Source of the DNA: Podarcis erhardii
Taxonomy: Eukaryota
Length of the DNA stretch: 64,000 bases
NCBI GenBank assembly: GCA_964252035.1
Contig: OZ176214.1
Reading direction: 5' to 3' (one strand)
Shown here: one piece after another, positions 50,982-64,000 of the stretch
Position numbering within the stretch: position 1 is the stretch's first letter
Layout: each line of letters opens with the position of its first letter
The notes under the pieces: model-generated
What the model saw: the letters and a program-made list of their open reading frames with translations, nothing else
Told to the model about the DNA's origin: nothing
Database searches by the model: none
Program-made: the position numbers and the translations under genes

Positions 50982-52057
50982 CAGCAAATAAAATCAATGT
51001 ATCCGAAGTAATGCTATGCTGAAGTATACTTCTGCTGGTGAAATGTTCTGCACCAGTGGACTGTTGTTGCACAAACAATGCATAAGCAGGTTTCTGGTAA
51101 CTTTGCTTGCATACATATATTTAAAGCACACATTAATTATACAATGCCCCTCAAAGAATCTGGGAACTGTAGTTTGTTAAGGGTGCTGGGAATTGCAGTG
51201 CCAGGAAGGGTAATTACGGTTCCCAAGATTCTGTGGGAAAGTTGTGTTCTTTTAATGTGCTTTAGATGTATGATGCGCCACAGATTGCATAATGAGTTTC
51301 TGCTAGCGCAACTGTTGTGCGGGATTCTTCTGTTGCTCAACATTAAAGCTCACCCATCTGCTAATGCACGAGCCTTGGGTACAGCACACAATCTTCTGTG
51401 AATAAACAGGCAGGGGGATTGATTGGCTAGACCTCATTTAACATTCAGATGAATAGAATAGATTAGGACCCTTTCAGATTTACCGGTAGTGAGGGTATGC
51501 AATAGGGTGGTCATGCATCCTTCTTTACAGTTGTCTCTTTGAAGGGCTGTCAGAGGACAGTTCTGTCTTTGAAGTGGTTAAATAGAGGGCTGTCTGGTTC
51601 AAGACCAGTTTAAAGGTAAATGGCTGTAGCGAGAGCAGAGGTCCTTGAACTTGCCCATCAACAGCTGGCAGCTGACAACATACTGAGCAGGCACACAGGT
51701 CAACAGGTCACAGTCCTTCCTTCTATGGTGATGTGCGCTGCATTTCTGTTTAAATAATTTCAAAATATGCATATATGCCTATAGATCTTAACATGCAAAT
51801 TCACTGGAAATCTGATGCCACCTCTCATTAAGCACCAGCTCAGAACTCATCAACACATGCAGTGGGTGATGGTAGTATAAGGTGGTATCAGCTTAGATGA
51901 CAGAAAGGAAAATGCCATTTTTAATGCTCCCCTGTGTAATCATTCCATATAAACTTAAAAAAGGGAGTTAAAACATAGCATAGCAGAGAAAGGCTGCTTC
52001 TGGTCCAGCTTCCCTTCTGCTCTACTGCCCTGAGATATATGGGTGAAGGGCAGTATA

Positions 52058-52192
52058 CTAACTAACTAAGTAACTAAGTAACTAACTAACTAACTAGTTT
52101 TCACATTTGAGTTTCCTTCCTTCCTTCCTTCCTTCCTTCCTTCCTTCCTTCCTTCCTTTGCAACTGAGATTTTTGCTTGCTTGCTTGCTTGT
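52058..52192. repeat. Compound microsatellites (TAAC/TAAG)n, (TTCC)n, (TTGC)n
   Basis: Seen directly. Confidence 0.9.
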
Positions 52193-54997
52193 TGTCTGAG
52201 ATGGTTGTTGCAAGGGGATTTCACTTTGAATTCTGCCTGCAACAAAGTTATAGGCGCCATGAATTCCAAACCCATGCTTTTTATTATGAAGAAATCAAAA
52301 TCAAAAAGGTATCTAAGATGAACTTGGGAGTAACAATGTGTCACAACAGGGACATTATTAGAGATGGAGAAATCTGTCAAAATCGGGTTCTCATTTTTCC
52401 AATCTTACATTCAGCTCACCCCAATGACATTATCAGCTTGTGATATTATTCTTTTTGAGAGGTGTGCGTGAAAGTTCATGCATGTGAATGCATTTCACCC
52501 AATATGCACTTTTTAATTTTTGCATGCAGTTTTGTCTGATATAAAGATTCTTGTACATTATCTTCGTTAATATAAGCTTTGTGTACACATCCCCCTAACA
52601 TTTAGCTTTTATATGTTTTTGTGAGAGTGGAGAAGATAATTGTCAAATTGGGAGAAGTATAAATTTGGAAGGAATGATTTATTTCAGTTCAAGTGTTGAT
52701 TCAGGAAGTATGAATTAGGTAGGCTCACATTAAAATCCAAGAAAAAAATAATCTCCCCCACCACTAGTCATTATTACACATAGCTAGCATGGCCAGAAAG
52801 AATCCCCAGGTATCTGAAGCCCGAAAGTCCCTGTTGCAGGCAACGTTGACATTTTTCTTTTTTTAAGTTGGGAGATTATGTGATAAATTTTACATGTTTT
52901 TAGATACGTTATTTAATTTTGATTGTATTGTTTTAAAGCTGATGCCCTTGCTGCCCTGGGTTCCTTTGGGATAGGATATTTAATAACTAAGTAAGCAAGT
53001 AAGTGAATACTTTTTCAGTCAAGTCTGGGAAATCTGGAGCCTTCCAAATGGCTTGTGCAGCTATTTTGTGAGACTAGCCTAGCATCACTTCTTGCTATCA
53101 GTTTTACCCCCTTTCAGCAAATGTATAGCAGTGTTTGAATTTACAGATAGAATTTAAAGGTTCCAAAGAGAGAAGGGAGGGAGGGGGAGAAGAAATGTCA
53201 TGAGCCAGTAGTTAAGGAAAAGCTCTTACTCCACAGAGCTATCAGAGTTCACAGACAGAGCTACACCTTTAAAAGGGATGGATTCTAATTCCCCCCCTCC
53301 AATGTCTGAAATGTCACAACACAAAGAGTTGGGGATGATTTGTATTCCTTCCAATATGCCATCTGGTTCTGAATATAAATGTCCACAGCCCCAGGAGACC
53401 AGTATTTTTCCCAGCGTGAAGAGTCTTGTGGTGTATCCAGCAAGAAAACACTTTAAAAGAGAAGCCATTTGCTGGAAAGAGGCATTTTTGGAGGCTACTT
53501 GAAGCAATGGGATGCAAAGATGGACAAATTGCCAGGCAGGCCCACGGGGTCATGTTTCAATAACATTATCCTCCCTCCCTTTCTCTACATAAGGACTTAT
53601 GTATGGGGACGGGAGGGAGAGGAATGCTACATTTCTTGTTTGAAAATACATAAATGGTGGAGACAGCTACAGAAGATGACCTGCTGAAGGCTTAACATAT
53701 GGTCAGGGGCATATGGAAACAGGTGCTTTTTCAAGTACCCTGATTCTAAGGCAGAGTTTTAAAAATCAAAATCAGCACCAGCAAATATGATAGAGATTAA
53801 TAAATATCACAATCATGGTATTGCCTGGATTCTCTCTTTGATCTTAGTTTCAGGCAGGCAGCTTCCAGCTGCCTAAACTATTAATCTTCATGCTTTCAAT
53901 CAAGCCTTTCTCTAGGATTCCCCAAACGTTAGAAGTCCTTCTCTTCTACATAAAATGCCCCTATAACTTGCATCTAGGCTCATAAAAAAGGATCCCTGAG
54001 CTCTAGTACTGATATAATGAAACATGACAATGTATTTTCACTTTGTAAACAGCACAATGTAGGAGAGGGGAGGGATAAACAGTTTTGCTTTGTGCCATGC
54101 CCTAGTTAAGTGCTAAAATAGATTTTTATTGATTGTGCTCACGCGTATCTCTGTGGGAGTAGGACCACACTTTCTGCTGGCTATTCTACCCCCAACGCCA
54201 TAGAAAAAGGAATCATCCCACATTGTGTCAAGAGCTGGTTCAAAAGTAGATACATTAAAAAAATGTTTTAATAGAATACAGAGCTGGAGATCAGTTCAGC
54301 AAACCACCTATGACACCATTGCTCCTTTAATTTCTTGACATTTCTGGTGCAACACACAGCTTATGGTAGAGAAGCACAGGATTGTAGTTCAGGAGCATTT
54401 ATTTGTGATATGCTTAGTCAGTTTTCAAGCTCTTCCAGGGAGACTTGAGGTTCTTTGTGAGCTGATCTGGCATCTCTCATTAAGAAGATTGGCAATGGCA
54501 GGCTATCTTCTCTGAAAGGCGTCTTATCCCCAACTACCAATATTCCCCTACAATGAGCAATGGCAAAGGAGCATTTGATGTGCTATAGGTACATTCTCAG
54601 ACCAAACAGAGGAATGAGAAAGTCCTATATGAATAATACCGTCTGTCAAATGCTTATGCCACTCCCCCTAGAGTTTGATTGATGATGGCACATGACATCT
54701 GATCCCAGAAGTCCTGCCTCCAAGGGCCACCCTGACATGACCCCTCCATGATGATGGCATACCACCGGGAACAAATAGAATGAGGTTTTGAAACCCCAAA
54801 CCAACTAGTGGAGGGGGAACCTGGACATGTCATAGAATGGTTGGTTGATTGGTTTGTTTGTTTGTTTGTTTTGGATGCCTAGAAACATTCTGAGGAGTGA
54901 AGCTGGCAACATCAAAACTACTCATGATTCCTGTGAGTTTTACCTACCCCTTAGCCACAAGAGTTCCTGGGGATAGCTGTGGGCAGGATTCCTGCAT

Positions 54998-55084
54998 TGG
55001 CCCTCAGAGTCCCTTCCCACTCTAAAATTCTATGAGAGTTCCTGGCCCTCAGAGTCCCTTCCCACTCTAAAATTCTATGAGAGT
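54998..55084 (+). repeat. CR1-like 3' tail present as a perfect 42-bp tandem duplicate
   Basis: tggccctcagagtcccttcccactctaaaattctatgagagt at 54998-55039 and 55043-55084. Confidence 0.85.
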
Positions 55085-55249
55085 AGAAGAGAGTAGAAAG
55101 AGGGCAGATAATACAAGAGAGTTTATCATATCCCCTTGCACCCATGAAAGTTAAATATTAAAAGGGTCAGAAAGCTAGGTTTGCTCCTGCCAGTTCTGCT
55201 AGATGCCATCCAAGTTCTATGCTGTCCAGCATCCAGTTTCTCAGACCCT

Positions 55250-56700
55250 AAGTTCTAGGAAAGACTAATCTTTTGAGACCTGGGACTCTACGGCAAATCA
55301 GAGTGGAGCACAATGCATTAAATAGCCTGGTGTGTGGCCACCTATGCATCACTAAAAAAGGAAGAAATGTGCCTGCATACTGGTGTGTCTGTGCATACAA
55401 ATAAAGAAACCATTTAAATATGAGTGGGATACATCTCACCATGGTGGGGAAGACTATGAGCAGATAGTGATTGTGCTCACTCACTCAGTTGTCCAGGTCC
55501 CAACTTCTGAAATATATCTTTAAAGCCCCAGTTCTCCCTTCTTAAGGTTACTAATATTTAAACTTATATTGAACCCTTCAAATAGAGATTCCTTAGCAAA
55601 GTAGGACATGTGGCTTTTCAACATAACTTGGATCCTTATTTTCTTAAGACAACTGTGTTACATTCACCCTGAAGGAAAATATAAAATTGCTTTGTTGCCC
55701 ATAGAAATGGCCATCTATTTGAAGGAATGACTATGTTCAATACAAAGAAGGTGGTCCTTTAGATACCTTTGGTTTCTTAGAACTTTAGAATTAAGCACTG
55801 CTCTGAACCAGTAGCCAATCCGGTTGCTTAAAAATTGTCCATAAGTGTATCCTTCAGCTGGTCCCATCCTGTGACTGTACTGTGAACATACTAAAAATTC
55901 TGAGTAGTTCACAGAGGCAGCCCCAGATACAGTGCATTACAGCAGTCTGTTAGAACCCAAGGATTGAATCCCCCTTCTTCAGGGGATGACAGCAAGGATT
56001 CTGTGTCCTAAATGGAATTTCAATCAGTTTCAGCCCTGGAAGCATGTGCATAAGAGGAGTTTCAGTCCTCTGACCCAAGGATGTTGCATTTTTGTCCTCT
56101 GACTCCCAAGACTCTATCAGGGGAGCCCAGGTGCAACCAGGGTTTCTTCTTTTCTATCTGAGTAAACAATTGCTGGGGCTCTTTAGTTTCTGGAGTGGGC
56201 TATGCCCCTTAAATGGAAGAGGTGCCTTTCACAAAAGTCAGAGGTTATAACTGGTCCTAAGAAAGCAGCAGCACTGGAGTTTGGTTTTTCTTTAGTCTGA
56301 GTCGAATGAGGTTAGGGTTTGCTACATAGCAGAGTCTATTCTAGAAGTTACCAGAATTACATTTGTTTTAGTTTATTTAACAACTCGTTGCCTTTTAATG
56401 GTCTTTTACTTCCGTCTTACATTTTATCAGAAATATGGATAGGCAAAGCTTTAGATTTCAAGAGCTCTCTCCAATGACTTACCATGTAGGGAGAACATTC
56501 AAAGGAAAGCCTTGCCATGCAAAACTGGCAAAGCAAATGCATCTTATGGGGACTCCAGTATGGTAAGACTTCCCAATAAGAATCTATCTTTATTTTCTGG
56601 AAATAAGACAGCAGCCCTTCTCCAGACAATCAGAATTTCCCAGACCTTTTCTTCTTCTTGCCAAATCACATTTGAATGTGAGACACGTAAGCCAGCCACT
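55250..56700 (-). mobile_element. Heavily decayed L1-like ORF2 remnants
   Basis: Scattered weak peptide resemblance to the L1 ORF2 C-terminal region; boundaries uncertain. Confidence 0.25.
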
Positions 56701-57585
56701 GAAAAATGTTCAAAGCTTGAATATATAAAATAAAATGAGATGTTCATTATAGACCTACTTTGCTCCTGGGCATCACAGATGCATTATGGGAATCATTGAG
56801 AGTCTAAATAAAATGATTAGAAGTTAAGAGAAAAAAAGAGAACAAGCTCAAGTTAGGGGCAGAAGGAGCTATGGCCACAATGCAAATTCCTGCTAGTTTC
56901 TATTCACCAGTGTTTCTTTGGAAAGAAAACACTATGCATTTTTTAAACAAACAACAAACAAACAAAAACTCTAGCATGCATTTGTCCATCTGGTTCATTG
57001 GTCTTCTTAGATCTATTAAGAATACTTCCAAATTGTTGCTATATTTGGGTGGGATTAAGTTAGGCTGTATTCAGGCTTTGGGTATATTGCACTAGTTTTA
57101 CTGATTACAATGTTAACATTCCAGTTTAGTCTGTCCCAATTTCTAACATTTCTTTTACACTACAGTACCTTGTTGTCTTATGGAACGGTGCCTTTTTTGA
57201 TATACAGCAATACCATTCTAAGTTTTAAATGGCGGGAAAGAACTGTATACCAGGATGCTGCTCCAAATTTGGCACACACACGAAAGTACAGTGCAACACT
57301 TTGGGTTGCAAATGGATTCCTCCCCCACCTCCGCCACCGCCCCTAGAAACAATTAACATGAAATGAGTGCAAACTTTTGCTAGATTCCACTGGATTTCCA
57401 GAAGTGGCTTACACAACATGATATTGCACACACACAAAAATACAAAATGAGAACACAAAATACACAATAAAACAAAAACATACCAATAAAGTGTAGCACA
57501 ACAGTAAATTAATCACACAGTCTTCTTCATAAACAGAATAAAACTTTACTGAAGATAATAAAGTTGTTCAGAAACAGCATGGTTA

Positions 57586-58855
57586 GGCCAAGGCACGTAA
57601 GAGACTTAACATGGAAGCCTACTGGCCTAAATATTGGGAAATAATTGAAAAAATTGGAGACAATTGGAGGTTGCTGAGCTTGGAAAAATTAAAAAACAAG
57701 GTGCGAGATTGGTTGCACTATGCTCAAATCCAGGAGGTTTTTAAAGTGGATAAAAAGGTTGGATTCCAGGTGGAAAAATCGAAATTAGAGACAGAACTGT
57801 TAGAGCCAAAAAACAAACTACTTTCGAGAATGTACAACTTGCTGCTTAAATGGAATACACAGGACGAGACAGTCAAATCCGCCATTATAAAATGGGCACA
57901 GGACTTGGGGCACAACATTATGTTTGAAGACTGGGAAAGGTTATGGAACACCGGAATGAAATTTACGGCATGTAGTGCCTTGAAGGAAAATATTATGAAA
58001 ATGATATACCGGTGGTACATGACCCCAGTCAAGCTTGCTAAGATATATCACCTGTCTGACAATAAATGTTTGAAATGTAAAGAGGCGGAAGGGACATTCT
58101 TCCATCTCTGGTGGACTTGCCCGAAAGTGAAGGCCTTTTGGGAGATGATTCATAATGAACTAAAAAAGGTACTTAGATTTACCTTACCTAAGAAACCGGA
58201 GGCCTTTCTTCTGGGCATTGTAGACCAGAGAGTACTTAAGAAAGATAGAATTTTTTTTATGTACGCTACCACAGCAGCAAGGGTCCTGATTGCTAAGCAT
58301 TGGAAGACACAAGATTTACCCACGCTGGAGGAATGGCAGACGCAGTTGATGGACTATATGGAACTGGCTGAAATGACTGGCAGAATCCGAGACTTGGGAG
58401 AAGAAACAATCGAGGAGGACTGGGAAAAATTTAAAGACTATTTGAAAAAACATTACAAGTTGTATGAATGTTAAAAAATGCACTTTTTAGAAATTCTTGC
58501 TTCAGCATCGGTAAATTAATGAAATGGAAATTAAGGTACAAGAAGTCAAAGGTGGAATAATGAAATAACTTTATTATGTTTAAGCTAAAACATATGAGAT
58601 TTGGGTTACAATAGTTTTGAAATTAGGCAACATGATAAAATGAAAGATACAATAAGCTTTGAAATAAGTTAACAAATTGCTGATGTTTTGTATTACAGAG
58701 AATGCAGGGTTTGGAGGATGTGGGGAAGTCCAATAGATGTGCTGGAAAAAAGGATTATGGAAATTTGTAATTTCTCTACTGTATTTTTCTATTTCTGTCT
58801 TTATCTCTTTTTTCTGTATTTCATAAACTTAATAAAAATATTATATAAAAAAAAA
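57586..58855 (+). mobile_element. Young 5'-truncated L1-clade LINE
   Basis: 17-bp perfect TSD cagaaacagcatggtta at 57569-57585 and 58856-58872; AATAAA and poly(A) tail. Confidence 0.93.
57611..58474 (+). CDS. L1 ORF2 C-terminal fragment with CCHC zinc knuckle (287 aa, uninterrupted)
   Basis: ENIMKMIYRWYMTPVKL...CLKCKEAEGTFFHLWWTC. Truncated and unlikely to be a functional gene. Confidence 0.6.
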   Translation: MEAYWPKYWEIIEKIGDNWRLLSLEKLKNKVRDWLHYAQIQEVFKVDKKVGFQVEKSKLETELLEPKNKLLSRMYNLLLKWNTQDETVKSAIIKWAQDLGHNIMFEDWERLWNTGMKFTACSALKENIMKMIYRWYMTPVKLAKIYHLSDNKCLKCKEAEGTFFHLWWTCPKVKAFWEMIHNELKKVLRFTLPKKPEAFLLGIVDQRVLKKDRIFFMYATTAARVLIAKHWKTQDLPTLEEWQTQLMDYMELAEMTGRIRDLGEETIEEDWEKFKDYLKKHYKLYEC

Positions 58856-59069
58856 CAGAAACAGCATGGTTAAAGAGCATACACAGAGTGCACAAAGCAG
58901 CTATCTGACTCTTCACAGAGGCACAGTCTTAGTCACTGATTTACTAGAGTCCTGGAGCCACTCTGTCTGCCTTAGCTTTACATAGCAACAACAACAGCAC
59001 TATTCCACAGACTACTCCTTTCACAATCCATACAGCTCTCTGACTGAGGCCCATAGAGGGGCTGGCTAC

Positions 59070-59141
59070 TTTTATAGGGAGAACGAGTCATCACCCAAGA
59101 TGAGTCACGAGTCACAGTGACTTAGCAGTTTGCTGTTAACA
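59070..59141 (-). promoter_or_regulatory. LTR-like promoter module: TATA box with clustered AP-1-like sites
   Basis: TATAAAA on the minus strand at 59070-59076; TGAGTCA at 59101-59107 plus two more GAGTCA nearby. Confidence 0.35.
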
Positions 59142-59844
59142 GTTAGCAGGCTTAGGCTTGAATGATTGTGTAGGCCTTGTAGGCCTGACTGCTAATTGGC
59201 CAAAGACTTCATTAAAGATAAATGTTTTGCCTGGTGCCTCAAGATATGAAATGAAGGTGCCAGGCGAGCCTCCCTGGGGAGACCATTCCAGAAACGGGGA
59301 GCCACCAAAGAAAATTGCCCATTCTTGTGTTGCCACTCTCTGGAAGCCTTTTGGAGGAGTCAAACTAAGAAGGGTCTTGGATGATGATTGCAGGGTCATG
59401 GTATTTAAATGTGGAAATTAAAAGGTAAGTAAATGTCTGGAAGATGGAATAAAGTGCTGTCTTACTGCAGCCTTATGTACCAGCAAATTCAGTTTCTACT
59501 GTTAAAGATGTATTTAATTTTGCAGTATTGCACAACTGTTTTCATGCACACCCCCTCCCACCCTTATCTGACTTTTTGCTACAAGGAAAGTGATGGGGAA
59601 ATGTACTGATAAATGTGGGAAAACATTTGATTGATGCAACCTCCTCTATTTTCCTGCAGACAAATCAGAATAAATAAGAAATAACCAACATAATCTAACA
59701 TCCCTGAAAACTTTGTGCAAAATAGTCCTAATCCAACCAGAATCATATCTGACTGTACAATCTAAATGCTAAGACTGGTGCAGCATTTATTGACTATACC
59801 TAACACTCTGTGTGGTTGTAGTTTCTAGACCTGTTCTGGATATA

Positions 59845-61087
59845 CGAAGGGCGTTCATTAAAGATTTCCCCTGATGTACTTCCCATGGACTGAGACAAAC
59901 GAAACTTGGCACAGTTATAAGTCCATCTCTACATAGCTACCAGCAAGAGTCACACACTTCTCCCATCGCTTTATGCAGTTGTGGAGACCTCATCTGTAGA
60001 AGTCGGCAGGTTGTGTCAGAAGCCACAACTTGACTTTGATCAGCATTTCATCATCTGGAAATCAGCATTTCATCATCTGGAAAAAGCTTGCCTTTCAAAA
60101 ATAACTTAATGGTTGGAAAGAGGTGGAAGTCTGATGGTGTGAGGTTGGGAGAATAATGGGGGTGAGGAAGGATTTCATAGCCACAGGACCATGCTTCCGT
60201 CTGAGCAACATGCGAGTTGTGAATTGGGGCATTATCCTGCAGGAGGCAGACACCTTTGGTCAGCATACCACGCCTCTCAATTTTGATGGCCTTCCGCAAT
60301 TTCTACAGCAGTGAAGCATAGTATGTCCTGGCAATTGTGGTACCCTTTGCCAGGAAGTCCATCATAACTACTCCACGCTGGTCCCAAAAGACCGTAAGCG
60401 TGAACTTGCCCGCTGATGGTTGGACATGTGCCTTCTTTGGAGGTGGTGAGGCAGAGTGCTTCCATTCCAATGTTTAGACTGGGATTTAGTCTCTGCGTCA
60501 TAATGATGGACCCATGTTTCCTCCTGAGTAATTAGTCTGGCGAAGAAGTCATCATGGTTTTTGTGACACATGGCCAAAAGAGCCTGTGAATATGCAACTC
60601 GTTCCTGCTTCTGGAAAGGCATCAGCAGCCGGGAAACCCACCGTGCGGATACCTTTCCCATGTGCAAATGGTCATGGATGATTTTTTCTACAGAGCCCAC
60701 ACTGATCTTGACATCTGCAGCTAGTTGGAGCAATCCTCCAAAACGGGAGCCGTTCCACCGAAGTCTGACAACACCTGAACTGACGATGCCAGTGCTTGAC
60801 TACATCATACGATGGGGCATCTTCCCCATAAGTCTTTTTCATCTCATTGAACGTCTCCCATGGTGTGAACCCTTTCAAGTACAGGAACCTGATGACCACT
60901 CTGCTTCAACTGGTTCCATTATCAGACGTTACTCCACATTAGAACTAGTAACAGGTAAACTGTTAGGAGTTCAGAGCTACAAATTACCACGTTACCTATG
61001 AAGAGATGTATCATAATATATGTGCAGTTTCATCTTCCTATGATAACTGGAAGTGGGGCAGGGGAAATCTTTAATGAGTGACCCTCG
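59845..61087 (-). mobile_element. Full-length mariner (D34D) transposon, 1243 bp
   Basis: 29-bp TIRs (4 mismatches) cgaagggcgttcattaaagatttcccctg; TA on both sides. Confidence 0.95.
60051..60899 (-). pseudogene. Mariner transposase (frameshifted)
   Basis: HTH N-terminus; ARWVSRLL (WVP motif); ITQEETW (first D changed to E); QDNAPIH and YSPNLTPSD with 34 residues between the two Ds. Confidence 0.92.
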
Positions 61088-62776
61088 TATTTGTTCTCTC
61101 TCTCTCTCAGTATTGATATTCTGCAGTGTACAATCAATTTTTTAAAAATCAATAAAATAGTATAAAAAACAATAATAGAAATGAAATGTGACTAGTGGCC
61201 CAAAGAGCACCCTTAATTAATTTCACACATGCCCCAAATATCATCTTCATTGGTGTTTGTCAGAGCTCCAAGGGAAAGCAATTCCATAAGAAGCAGGCCA
61301 ACAGAGAAAGGCTCTAATCCTGCCTCAGATAGTGGAACTACCAAGATGGCCTCTGCAGAACGCTCAGGTCAGAAGGGAGAGATGTGATCCCTGCAGGTAT
61401 CCTGGTCCCCAACAAGAATGAAGTGTTTTAGTTTAGCATAAAATAGTCTAGTCGGCTACAGTCTTTCTTTAGGTTTCTTTCTGCATGCATATGGACTTAA
61501 CAGTACCTTTTTTGTTTTAGTTACTGTTACTTAATGTTGTTAAAATGGCTTTATAGATTTTAAATGCCATATTAATTTGTTACCTGTATAATATGACTTT
61601 TGCTGATGTTTAGCTTATTTTTTAGTTGCTTTTTTCAATAGTGTTTTATAGATTGCAATTGCTACAATTCCCATCATTTTTAATGAACTACAGCTCACAT
61701 TATTCCTTGGGGGAGGGAATATACTTAAATGGTGTGTATGCATTCCTATTTCCTGAGAGCTGGGACAATTGCTGCTCCTCTAAGGTAGTTAAATTGGATG
61801 ACTTGGCATAAGCTATCTCCTTAGATCATGACCTCTGTGCTTAATCTTAGTTCACGTCTGCCTGAAGCCTAATTAAGTAAAGTTAAAGGCACTACAATAT
61901 TAATTGTTGTGTTGCCATCCATTACAGTGGAAATAGCCAGCTCCTCTGAAACAGTGGTCAGGCCTTTTCATTAAGGAGACTCCATCTCTCTTTCTGGCCA
62001 ATCTGATTGCTGGTCTTGTAGCTTTCTTTGTCATTTAGCAATAACCTATGGCATGAGGAATAGCCAGTGTAAGAGTCTTTTAAATCTCTCTTAGTAGTTA
62101 AAAGCACATCATGTTTCGCTAGGCTTGATGCAGCCTGACAAAGAAACAATGACATTTATGTATGCGGAAATGACTGTATTATTCAGACAATGGTACTTAT
62201 GCCATTCTTCATGTTTTAAAATTCTGCAACATCAACTAAAGTGCCCCAGCCATTAACTATACTTTACAAGAAATGTCCAAGTAGGTCCAAGCATTAAATA
62301 TATATTTCAAGTTGCTGTGTGTGTGTGTGTGTGTGCATGCGTGCACCCTGCCCTTATTATTAAATATTAAAACAGTGCTTTGCAACTATGGTGCCAGCCA
62401 GGTCATTCTAAAGCAATAAGAGAGCTGCAGGGAAACAGAGATTTTTTTATTTTCCCTTTTAGTTGCAAGAAGCAAGGGAGGAAATGCAGGATAATATTTA
62501 TTTACATCAAGCTGTTTCTTCAAGCCAGTGCAAATTGCTGTACAGTGGGTACGAAGTGATCTATCTGTTTTTTGTCACTCCATCTCAAATGGCAATCTTA
62601 TATTCCTGAAAGTAAATTCCATTGAAGTCATGGTACATACTTCTTAAAATATAGTGTAGTGTCTTTCCTCAGAAATTCCCTCTCTATTAATATCAGGCAG
62701 GCAGCAACAGTGCAAAGTTTACAGTGCTTGTCTAACACTTGTTTTCTTTCTTTTTCTTTTCAGTCTAAACAGGAAA

Positions 62777-62870
62777 AGGGCCATAGCTCAATGGAATCAA
62801 ATCTGTTTTGCATACAAAAGGTCCCAGGTTTACTTCCTGGCATCTCCAGGTAGGGCTTAAGGACAGCCCT
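62777..62870 (+). mobile_element. Squam3-like SINE head
   Basis: gggccatagctcaatgg...aaggtcccaggtt...cctggcatctccaggtagggct. Confidence 0.6.
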
Positions 62871-64000
62871 TCTTGAAAGGCAGAATTGTTCTGTACCTGC
62901 CCTCTGTTCATAAGAACAACACTGATACGGCAGACAAATGGCCCATCTAGTCCAGAATTCTGTTCCTACAGTGGCGAACCAGATACCTATGGAACCAGAT
63001 ACCTATGGGAAGCTCACAATCAGAACAGGAGACAATAACTTTCTCCAACTCATGACTCCTAGCAACTGGGGCACTTGCATACAGACAGGAAGGCATTTGG
63101 TTTGAGTCTTAGCTGGACCTGACAGAACCCGAGCACAATATTTCCATGGAGGATTTTGGGATCTACAATTTTCTCCTTTTCTGCTTCTTTTGGGTGGACA
63201 AAGAAAGGCTGAGCTCATCCATGTTCTCCTGAATCCCCAGCAGGGTTAGAATTTTTCCTCTCCAGCTCTTGTGCTATACCACATGGGCAGACATCTGGTG
63301 GAGGGGACTAAGCTATCAGCACTGCAGTGCCTTCAAAAAATATCTGCATCTTATCTGTATATCTGTATAACCTCTGGAAGACCTTCATCAGGCTTGCATA
63401 GGTCTGATAAACCCAAGTGGATTGAGCAGATTGCAGTCTCCTTTCCCCCCAGCTTTTTAGAATTTCCATCTAACTCAACATTGCTCAGTAGCAAAAGCAG
63501 ATGGTCAAGCCATCTTTACCCATCTTCCGCTGAAATGTATCTTTGCAGAGCTGGAAGTTAAAGCGATGAGCAGGCTTCTTGTGAAATAAGTTGTACATCT
63601 GGAGACTTAACGAGAAAATACATTCAATGGCAACAAACAGAAGTTAAGCTGAGCCTTCAAAGCCTTTAGTTAATATGCGACATTTCTTAAAGACAATTCG
63701 AGTCCCATTCCTCCGCCTGCTGCATGTGCTACCAGCCGCCTGCTGTGAATGTTCAAGAAATAACAGATAACGCTGTAAGTGGTGCAATTGAGTGCTTAAG
63801 GTGTAATTCAGCTTGGTGGTTGTGTTATTATTATTACAGTATCTGGCTTCTTTGTGAGAAAATGGCCAGCTGCAGACCCCTGTGACCTAACTTCAGGCCT
63901 TGCATTCAGTTGACTAATAAGTATTATTCTTGCATGTGCAAATTGCTCCATTATTCATGTTTTTCAATGTCTTGGAATCTGGGTTACTGCTGTGTATGCA

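Noticed and set aside
53226-53553. Overlapping 74-93 aa ORFs
   Set aside because: No homology recognised; length is within chance expectation.

Overview
This 64 kb window is repeat-dense, non-coding vertebrate DNA. The repeat families (Sauria SINE, Squam3-like SINE, Bov-B, L2, CR1, L1, a Penelope-like end, hAT and Tigger MITEs) point to a squamate, probably a lacertid lizard (inference). I found no host protein-coding exon, rRNA, true tRNA or CRISPR array. Main elements: (1) a decayed minus-strand tyrosine-recombinase retrotransposon at ~10.1-13.1 kb with RT/RNaseH, YR and an SGNH hydrolase whose frame is restored when a 325-bp solo LTR is removed; (2) a young Bov-B with an uninterrupted RT ORF and 11-bp TSD; (3) a young L1 3' end with 17-bp TSD; (4) a full-length D34D mariner; (5) a perfect 201-bp Penelope-type palindrome carrying a hammerhead core; (6) several unusual insertion structures, including triplicated target sites, a twin-primed RTE, outward-facing tails and local templated copies. 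Family names come from recalled motifs, not from database searches.
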